Positions 57,716 to 64,000 of a stretch of DNA of 64,000 nt are shown here, in pieces; the first letter of the stretch is position 1, and each line of letters starts with the position of its first letter. The notes beneath the pieces were generated by a model. The model was given only the letters and a program-made list of their open reading frames with translations, was not told the origin of the DNA and ran no database searches. A program made the translations under genes and the position numbers. The stretch covers positions 149,514 to 213,513 of the forward strand of contig JAQUOD010000001.1 of assembly GCA_028717245.1 (NCBI GenBank), in the 5' to 3' direction. Source of the DNA: Candidatus Omnitrophota bacterium (GTDB lineage Bacteria; Omnitrophota; Gorgyraeia; Gygaellales; Profunditerraquicolaceae).

Positions 57716-59098
57716 TTAATGGCGTGTTCCTCTAAAGGAATAATCATTTTCATAATAGACTCTTCGGAAATCTTCTATACATTTATCTTCCATGTAGTCG
57801 TAATAGGACGTTATTATTTTTTTATTAGCCTCAAACATTAAATCGGTAAATTCATCGTCCGGGATTTCGGTGAAATTCACTGTTAATAGCTCTAAATTTT
57901 TATGTTTGCGATAAAAATCTTCCGGCCCCTTCAGCAGCCCTTTTTTAATGGCTAAATCGTAAAGAGGAGACCCCGGATACGGCGTTACCGGCCTGATTGT
58001 CCTGAGCTGTCCATAATCATTATATTTATGAAGAAAATCCAATGACCTCTTTAGCGTTTTTTGATTATCGCCAATATTCCCGAATATTATATTGAATAAA
58101 GGCCGGATTCCTCTCTCAAGAGTAAGCCTTATTCCATTCTCTATATCAATGGTAGTTAGTTCTTTATTCATCTTTCTTAAGGCATCGTCGTCGAATTGCT
58201 CAATACCATAATCAATAGCAACGCACCCGCTACGCTTCATTATGTCTAATACTTTAGCATTGGCTTTATTTAGCCTGCCTGTACAGAAATAATTAATATT
58301 AAGATTATTTTTTAAAAATTTTCCACAGATATCAAAGATTCTTTTTTCATTTAGCATAAAGAGTTCATCAAAGAACCATACGTAATTTATATTATAATCC
58401 CGTTTATATTTTTTAACCTCTTCAACTATATTATCCGAGGAACGAAGCCTTATGTCTTTTTCCAACCGATAGCAAAAATTACAATGATAGACACATCCTC
58501 TCTGCGCACTAACGCTTATACCCCGATCCAACGGCGAAGTAAAATACGTCGATTTAATGTAGAATTCCATAGGCAGCGAATCCAAATAAGGCGAAGGAAT
58601 TGAATCTAGATCCATAATAGGCTTTTCCCTGGGATTAACGATAACCCTATCGCCGTCACGAAAGGCAATCCCATTAACGTTTGATAAATTTTCGTTATTA
58701 TCAAGCGCCTTAATAATATTTAAAAACGGTATTTCTCCTTCTCCCATAACAACAGCATCTGCTCCGCAATATCTTATAAAATATTCCGGGACAGGAGAAG
58801 GCCCGTGTCCCCCTAAAACTATAAATGGTTTCTTTTTTAAACTCGTTATTGCATCGCAGATCTTCTTTATCTTTATGTGTTGAAAATACCCCGCAACGAA
58901 ACCCATAGCAACAACATCAAAGTGATTTCTCTTCAAGTATTCATGAAGATGGTCCTCATTATAATGGTAGACATCCTGGCAATAATAGGTTGTCTCTCTG
59001 TATCCGTGTTCCCTTAAATAAGCTGCAACATAGGTAATCCCGATGGGTAAGATATTATCCCTGCTTTCGTTATCATATAAAACGAATAAAATTTTCAT
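57716..59098 (-). CDS. B12-binding domain radical SAM protein, paralog 6 of 6
   Basis: The radical SAM motif is GCVYHCNFCYR. The length is 460 aa. Confidence 0.8.
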   Translation of the reverse strand: MKILFVLYDNESRDNILPIGITYVAAYLREHGYRETTYYCQDVYHYNEDHLHEYLKRNHFDVVAMGFVAGYFQHIKIKKICDAITSLKKKPFIVLGGHGPSPVPEYFIRYCGADAVVMGEGEIPFLNIIKALDNNENLSNVNGIAFRDGDRVIVNPREKPIMDLDSIPSPYLDSLPMEFYIKSTYFTSPLDRGISVSAQRGCVYHCNFCYRLEKDIRLRSSDNIVEEVKKYKRDYNINYVWFFDELFMLNEKRIFDICGKFLKNNLNINYFCTGRLNKANAKVLDIMKRSGCVAIDYGIEQFDDDALRKMNKELTTIDIENGIRLTLERGIRPLFNIIFGNIGDNQKTLKRSLDFLHKYNDYGQLRTIRPVTPYPGSPLYDLAIKKGLLKGPEDFYRKHKNLELLTVNFTEIPDDEFTDLMFEANKKIITSYYDYMEDKCIEDFRRVYYENDYSFRGTRH

Positions 59099-60384
59099 CT
59101 GTATTTCCTTTCTAATAAAGTTATGATTTTTTCTATGCCTATTGCAATATCCCGCATATCGGATTTACGATGAGGCATTCTGACATATTCGTTTATCATC
59201 ATCTGTTCAAAGTGCAGTTTTTCCGCATTAGGGCAAGTGCCTTTAAAATAATTTGTCTTTATATTCTTATTTTCTAAGGCGCTCCAGGGGTAACCATTTT
59301 TGAATGCCTTCTTTTGCCGATATAAAGGCTGCAAATAGAGCGGCTTTGTATATCCCGCAGAGAACTTAACCCCTTCAGCATTCATCAAATCAATTATTTT
59401 CTCCCTTTTTACATTGTATTTTTCCGATAGATAACGCAAAGGATAAACATAATATGTACTATAACAATTCTTTCTTTCTTTCGGAGTAATAAAACAATCA
59501 AATTTATTAAGGTTGCAATTTAAATATTCAACTAACCCTAGTCTTATTTTATTGAAATTATTTAACTTTTTTAATTGCTCAATACCAATGGCCGCCTGTA
59601 ATTCTGTTAGCCTAAAATTAAAACCGACTATATTAACTATATTCTTGTAACCGGCGTTATCAACTACGGCTTCTCCATGATTTCTTATTAATGCTAACCG
59701 GTAAGCGAGTTCCCGATTGTTCGTTACACAAACTCCACCCTCCCCTGTCTGTATTGTTTTATTTACATTTAAACTAAAAATACCAATATCTCCAAAAGTT
59801 CCTACATATTGCTCTCTATATTTTGCTCCATGCGCCTGAGCGCAGTCTTCAATGATTTTTAAATTATGTTTTTTTGCTATTTTAAGAATCCCAGACATAT
59901 CTGCGGGAATGCCGAATTGATGCACAACTAATATCGCTTTTGTCCTAGGTGTTATTTTTTCTTCGATGGATTCCGGCTTTAAGCAACCTGTGTCTAACTC
60001 AACATCCGCAAAAATCGGGATTGCTCCATAAATCAATGCACAGGCTGCGCAGGCAGACATTGTATAAGGCGAAACGATAACCTCATCCCCGTATCCTAAC
60101 TCAAGTGCCCCAATTGCCGCATAAAGCCCGGAAGTTGCGCTATTCATGGAAATAGCATACTTTATGCCATAGTATTCTGCCCATATTTTCTCTAGCCTAC
60201 GAACCCATGGTCCCCCCCAAAAACTAAAAGGCGGGTCGGGTTTATAGGACCCTTCAAATAAAGAAAACTGTCCCCTTTTAAGCACTTTTAATACAGCGCG
60301 CCTCTCCTCTTTGCCTGTAGTAATATTACCAAGCCAGGGCTTTGTGCGAACCGGCCTACCACTATTGATAGCTAATTTTGCCAT
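59095..60384 (-). CDS. DegT/DnrJ/EryC1/StrS-family PLP sugar aminotransferase
   Basis: The sequence has the FSLNVNKTIQTGEGGV lysine region. The length is 429 aa. Confidence 0.9.
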   Translation of the reverse strand: MAKLAINSGRPVRTKPWLGNITTGKEERRAVLKVLKRGQFSLFEGSYKPDPPFSFWGGPWVRRLEKIWAEYYGIKYAISMNSATSGLYAAIGALELGYGDEVIVSPYTMSACAACALIYGAIPIFADVELDTGCLKPESIEEKITPRTKAILVVHQFGIPADMSGILKIAKKHNLKIIEDCAQAHGAKYREQYVGTFGDIGIFSLNVNKTIQTGEGGVCVTNNRELAYRLALIRNHGEAVVDNAGYKNIVNIVGFNFRLTELQAAIGIEQLKKLNNFNKIRLGLVEYLNCNLNKFDCFITPKERKNCYSTYYVYPLRYLSEKYNVKREKIIDLMNAEGVKFSAGYTKPLYLQPLYRQKKAFKNGYPWSALENKNIKTNYFKGTCPNAEKLHFEQMMINEYVRMPHRKSDMRDIAIGIEKIITLLERKYR

Positions 60385-61367
60385 TTCAATGCCCTATCTC
60401 TTATTTCCCATAAAGACACCATTGTTTTACTTACTTCTTCGATTCCAATTTCGGACAATATAGCTGCGTCATTATCCGCAAGATAATCTATAATCTTATT
60501 AAATAAATTCCTAAGGGGAGATTCGCTCTTTAACATGGTGATTTTATTAATATTTCTTAATTCTTTTTCGCCTGAGTTGTTTATTAAAACTTTATCTATA
60601 AAAATATTTTCCCCGAAATCCATAATTCTTATTCGGCCGGATTCAAGCCTCATTTCTATCTCATATAGCTGATAATATTCTTCTGGAAAACTTTCCATAA
60701 AAATTTTTGCATCTGGATAATCCAGGGATATCAACTTGGCATCCACACAGAAATCATTTCCTCTACCCTTAGCGCCGATTTCAGCTGAAATCACCCTGAA
60801 TTCTGAACCTGTAATCATGCGTAAGGTATCCAAAATATGTACCCCGTTATTTAATAAACCGCCGTAATATATGGCGCGGATTGACAGCATCTTCCCAAAA
60901 TCGCCTCTTTTTATTATTTCTCTTACTCTTTGCAACCCGCGATGGAACCGGTAGGTGTGGTTAACAATAAGTTTAGTGCAAGTGTCTGCCAACATTTTTT
61001 TAATCTTAATTAATTCTGCTTTATTTAAGCATATTGGCTTTTCCACAAGAAGGATTCGCGGACGATTAGTATGCTGCAAAATTTTTTTTGCTAAAGTAAA
61101 ATGAGTGCGGTTTGGGGTACACAGTAAAATTATGTCTAACTTCTTGTTATCTAAAAGCTCATCCACATTTACATATTTATCTTTTATGCCCCACGTCCTG
61201 CAGAATTTATTCAGTTTTTTAATATCTTTATCGCATGCTGCTTCTAAATCTATATTCTTATTCTTTCTGCATACCTTAGCATGAGTGAAAGCGCCATCTT
61301 TATTATGGGGGGCATCAAACAAACCTGCTATTTTTCCTGTTCCTATAATAGCGGCTTTATATTTCAT
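60372..61367 (-). CDS. Gfo/Idh/MocA-family NAD(P)-dependent oxidoreductase
   Basis: The sequence has the KAAIIGTGKIAGLF N-terminal Rossmann motif and the NHTYRFH region. I favour the internal ATG start at 61367. Confidence 0.7.
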   Translation of the reverse strand: MKYKAAIIGTGKIAGLFDAPHNKDGAFTHAKVCRKNKNIDLEAACDKDIKKLNKFCRTWGIKDKYVNVDELLDNKKLDIILLCTPNRTHFTLAKKILQHTNRPRILLVEKPICLNKAELIKIKKMLADTCTKLIVNHTYRFHRGLQRVREIIKRGDFGKMLSIRAIYYGGLLNNGVHILDTLRMITGSEFRVISAEIGAKGRGNDFCVDAKLISLDYPDAKIFMESFPEEYYQLYEIEMRLESGRIRIMDFGENIFIDKVLINNSGEKELRNINKITMLKSESPLRNLFNKIIDYLADNDAAILSEIGIEEVSKTMVSLWEIRDRALKWQN

Positions 61368-62130
61368 CTTTACGATATTGCTTCCAGCGTCGGTAAATAT
61401 TCTTATTTGTTGCAATCAACTCGGGATGTTTCTGTAAAAATTTAATTACATCGTGAATTGTAAAATTTGGACTAACCGGGTATAAGTTCTCAATGACGGC
61501 CTTGATAATTATAAAATCTTCCTTTGTATCCAACTCAATCGCTATATCTGGACAGTATAATTGGGGCGGGGCCTCAATATTATGAAGACGGTAACGCTTA
61601 GGGTGCTGCCTGATATATAATGTCCCGTGTTCTCTCACATCGGGGGAAACTGCTCTTTCTGAAGCATCCTCTAAAGTACTTGTTGAATAAACCTCGACCT
61701 CTGCGCCGGAAGGAAAAGTGGTCTTTAAATCATTACTTACAAAATCATATTTATCCATATTTTCAATATAAAACTTAATCATATTATCGATAATTTCCGG
61801 GTCAACAAGCGGCCCGTCACCGAATATTTCTACGCCTATATCTGCATCATAAGTTTTTAATGCATTGAGTATCCTATCCAGAACATCCTCCTCGCTTCCC
61901 CTGAAACAGGCTACTCCTATTTTTTGACAATAGGCTTCAATGACATTGTTCTCGGGATTCAAGGAGGTGGCAACGACTATCTCATCAATTAATTCGGACA
62001 TCATTACTCTTTCTACTAAATACCCCAATATAGGTTTTCCTATAATATCTATCATAACTTTACCGGGGAGTCTCTCTGAATTCATTCTTACACAAATAAC
62101 AGCAACTATCTTAAGACCCTTATCTTTCAT
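61357..62130 (-). CDS. Cytidylyltransferase, SpsF/PseF-like (CMP-nonulosonate synthetase candidate)
   Basis: The motif LKIVAVICVRMNSERLPGKVMIDIIGKPIL is a CTP-transferase G-loop. The length is 257 aa. Confidence 0.7.
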   Translation of the reverse strand: MKDKGLKIVAVICVRMNSERLPGKVMIDIIGKPILGYLVERVMMSELIDEIVVATSLNPENNVIEAYCQKIGVACFRGSEEDVLDRILNALKTYDADIGVEIFGDGPLVDPEIIDNMIKFYIENMDKYDFVSNDLKTTFPSGAEVEVYSTSTLEDASERAVSPDVREHGTLYIRQHPKRYRLHNIEAPPQLYCPDIAIELDTKEDFIIIKAVIENLYPVSPNFTIHDVIKFLQKHPELIATNKNIYRRWKQYRKDEI

Positions 62131-63218
62131 TTTGCGATAATTAAATCTACAATGTTTTGCAGAATATCATCTCTAACAAAAGGAAATCGTTTAATAACTT
62201 TGCGCTCGTTTTTCAACTCCCCGGAAATATTTTCCTTTAACCAATCATAAAGGTTATTTTTATCATAAATACTTTTTATAATATTAAGGCGGACTGCAGT
62301 ACATAACTGTGGCCCTATGAGATGAGGTTGATAAGACACAACTAAGCATCCTAAAATAGCTGCTTCTAATAACGCCATTGAACGCATGCCGACTACCAAG
62401 TCGCTATGCCAAAGCAACGATAATAAATCCGCTTTTAAAATGGTAAGCCACCCTACAACTCCGTCGCCTAATGGCGCTAATTCGCCCCTTTGGTAGCTAG
62501 GGTGCAATTTTTCTATAACTGTGCAACTTTTTCCGATTTTCCTTAAAGCATCAAAAATATCTTGCCTAACAGTATGTTCGGTGTATCCGATGAATTGTCC
62601 CAGCAGACCCGATTCGCCTGGACTTGAGCTATAATCGACACTATGGGTTTCATGTAAAAAAGCAATTATCGGTTTAGGTTTATCTTGAATAAAATCCGGC
62701 GGGGCTGGCGGAGTGGTTAAAAATTTCTCGGCATCAAATGTAAAAATAGACAGGGACGGGTTTCCAGTTATAAATAAACGGTCTAACGGAATCCCTTCAG
62801 CGGCAGCTTCATTTCGGGCTTTTTCATCTTGGCAACAAATAATATCCGGTAAATAAGAAAGCTCACCATCCTCTTTTTGGAATCTAAAATAATAATTAAA
62901 CCATTCATCTAAAATAACAATGCTTCTAATCCCAAGTTTCCTGGCCGCTATGATTAAAAGACGTTCCGGGCTATGATAACGCGTAGTACCACACACTATA
63001 GCTATTGGGGAGATTTCTTTTAGAAGATTAACTGCTGCCGCTTCAGAATTGATATCCTTGGATTCTATAACTTTAATGCCTCGGGTATCAAATAACGTTA
63101 GCATCTCTTCTGATGTAGCTAGCAAAGGGATAAAACCTTTATTTTGTATATATAATAACAGAGGAGATAAGTTCCTTGCTCCTCCAACATCCGTAGCACA
63201 AAATAATAGCTTTTTCAT
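62127..63218 (-). CDS. PseG/SpsG-like GT-B (MurG-like) protein, a candidate nucleotide-sugar hydrolase
   Basis: The N-terminal Gly-rich motif is LLFCATDVGGARNL. The two-Rossmann architecture, 363-aa length and position between a cytidylyltransferase and a NeuB-like synthase match the spsE-F-G/pseI-F-G arrangement. Confidence 0.5.
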   Translation of the reverse strand: MKKLLFCATDVGGARNLSPLLLYIQNKGFIPLLATSEEMLTLFDTRGIKVIESKDINSEAAAVNLLKEISPIAIVCGTTRYHSPERLLIIAARKLGIRSIVILDEWFNYYFRFQKEDGELSYLPDIICCQDEKARNEAAAEGIPLDRLFITGNPSLSIFTFDAEKFLTTPPAPPDFIQDKPKPIIAFLHETHSVDYSSSPGESGLLGQFIGYTEHTVRQDIFDALRKIGKSCTVIEKLHPSYQRGELAPLGDGVVGWLTILKADLLSLLWHSDLVVGMRSMALLEAAILGCLVVSYQPHLIGPQLCTAVRLNIIKSIYDKNNLYDWLKENISGELKNERKVIKRFPFVRDDILQNIVDLIIAK

Positions 63219-63241
63219 TTCAGCCTTACCATATTCAATTC

Positions 63242-64000
63242 TTATATAAATCTGTTTCTCACAAATTCTTTTATCTCTTCTTCGCTTCTCCTGGGAACTT
63301 TATTTTCGTCACCTAATAACTGTTGTGTTATCGTAATGTTACTAATTAAACTTTTTAACTCACTTGGGGTAACTGAAAGTATATGGTCAGTGCCATCTTT
63401 ACATGCCTTATCGAAAGTAAAATGTTTCTCAATTACTCTTGCGCCTAATGCCACGGCAATAAGACATGCGAGTTCACCGATTGTATGGTCAGAATAACCT
63501 ATTTCATATTCTGGAAATTCCTTTTGCAGCGTCCTTACCGCGGATACATTTGCCTCCATATCTTTGCAGGGATATTGAGTTACGCAATGCAAAATATAGC
63601 ATTTCCTTACTTTATTTAAATGAGAAAGAGATTTCTTTATTTCCGTAATATTCGCCATACCCGTGGATAAAAATACGGTATCGGCATGCTCATTTACGTA
63701 ATCAAGCAAAGAAAGATTAAGCATCATTCCTGAAGCAATCTTTATCTCCTTAAGCCCTAACCCCTCGCAAAGAAACCTGGCTCTTTCCAGGCTAAAGGGG
63801 GAACTTAAGAATTTAACTCTGCACATCTGGGCGTATTCCTTCAGCGAAAAATGCGCTTCATCTGAAATATGCACCCTTTTAAACCAGCCGTATTCCGGGT
63901 CGTCTTTACTGAAGTTTTCCGGCTTATAGGACTGGAATTTTACATAATCCGCTCCGGCGGAAGCCGCTTCTTTAATCATCCTTTTGGCCAATCCTATATC
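63242..64000 (-). CDS. NeuB-family nonulosonic acid synthase (PseI/SpsE-like). It is partial, with the N-terminus beyond the window end.
   Basis: The ORF stays open to position 64000 (...DIGLAKRMIKEAASAGADYVKFQ...). It has the conserved NeuB core and the YSDHTIG metal/substrate motif. Confidence 0.85.
   Translation of the reverse strand, partial: DIGLAKRMIKEAASAGADYVKFQSYKPENFSKDDPEYGWFKRVHISDEAHFSLKEYAQMCRVKFLSSPFSLERARFLCEGLGLKEIKIASGMMLNLSLLDYVNEHADTVFLSTGMANITEIKKSLSHLNKVRKCYILHCVTQYPCKDMEANVSAVRTLQKEFPEYEIGYSDHTIGELACLIAVALGARVIEKHFTFDKACKDGTDHILSVTPSELKSLISNITITQQLLGDENKVPRRSEEEIKEFVRNRFI

Noticed and set aside
60212-60218. G7 tract inside the DegT gene as a definite phase-variation switch
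   Set aside because: Seven residues is at the lower limit for efficient slippage, and the tract encodes a conserved-looking FWGGPW segment. I note it only as a secondary observation under the poly-G finding.
869-63648. The roughly 40 short plus-strand ORFs (60-138 aa) in the track, for example 869-1081, 9158-9391, 20200-20508, 32223-32474, 47126-47401 and 63466-63648
   Set aside because: All are embedded antisense within long minus-strand CDS that have clear family motifs. None has a recognisable motif or plausible ribosome-binding site. I treat them as non-coding shadows.
1-64000. Search for mobile elements, integrases, transposase inverted repeats, tRNA or rRNA genes flanking the cluster
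   Set aside because: I saw no transposase-, integrase- or recombinase-like translation and no tRNA-like cloverleaf or rRNA-like conserved stretch. Intergenic regions are all under about 80 nt. The locus looks chromosomally integrated and ancient rather than recently mobile, though a change in composition is hard to judge by eye.

Overview
The window is almost entirely one co-directional (minus-strand) gene array of about 58 CDS with short gaps or overlaps, which reads as a single glycan-biosynthesis supercluster. The sequence is AT-rich (about 35% GC by eye). At the low-coordinate end there is a partial MFS-like transporter CDS missed by the ORF track, followed by a housekeeping pgk-tpiA-secG operon with a recognisable sigma70-type promoter and Shine-Dalgarno (SD) site. 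Coordinates 2.7-64 kb hold a roughly 61-kb surface-polysaccharide or protein-glycosylation supercluster. I infer its modules from family-level motifs read in the translated ORFs, not from database searches:
(1) Envelope and assembly genes: a membrane spermidine-synthase-like protein, a Wzy_C/O-antigen-ligase-like protein, a WecA/MraY-like initiating phosphotransferase fused to a CoA-binding domain, an MsbA-like ABC exporter, several GT2/GT4 glycosyltransferases, and an ArnC/ArnT-like pair (polyprenyl-phosphate-sugar synthase plus GT-C transferase).
(2) A modified nucleotide-heptose module: GmhA-like isomerase, GHMP kinase, sugar-1-phosphate nucleotidyltransferase, SDR dehydratase/epimerase, RmlC-like cupin, DegT aminotransferase and a sugar C-methyltransferase.
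(3) A legionaminic-acid-like nonulosonic acid module: PtmE-like CBS-nucleotidyltransferase, 4,6-dehydratase, DegT aminotransferase, NeuC-like hydrolysing 2-epimerase, NeuB-like synthase and NeuA-like CMP-transferase, with a formyltransferase where an N-acetyltransferase would be expected.
(4) A pseudaminic-acid-like module running off the window end: DegT, Gfo/Idh/MocA oxidoreductase, PseF/SpsF-like cytidylyltransferase, PseG-like protein and a second NeuB-like synthase.
(5) A non-canonical third CMP-activation module: two divergent cytidylyltransferases, an HpcH/HpaI-family aldolase, a HAD phosphatase, a class I/II aminotransferase and a SPASM radical SAM protein.
(6) Three paralogous orphan proteins of about 600 aa each carrying a TagB/TagF-like GT-B C-terminal motif.
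(7) A heavy decoration load: six B12-binding radical SAM paralogs (one fused to a class I methyltransferase), at least six further SAM methyltransferase domains, two formyltransferases, a hexapeptide acyltransferase and an SGNH hydrolase.
I found no rRNA, tRNA, CRISPR array or mobile element. Repeats of note are an 18-bp tandem repeat encoding (QQALQA)n and a poly-G8 tract in a ribosome-binding-site position.
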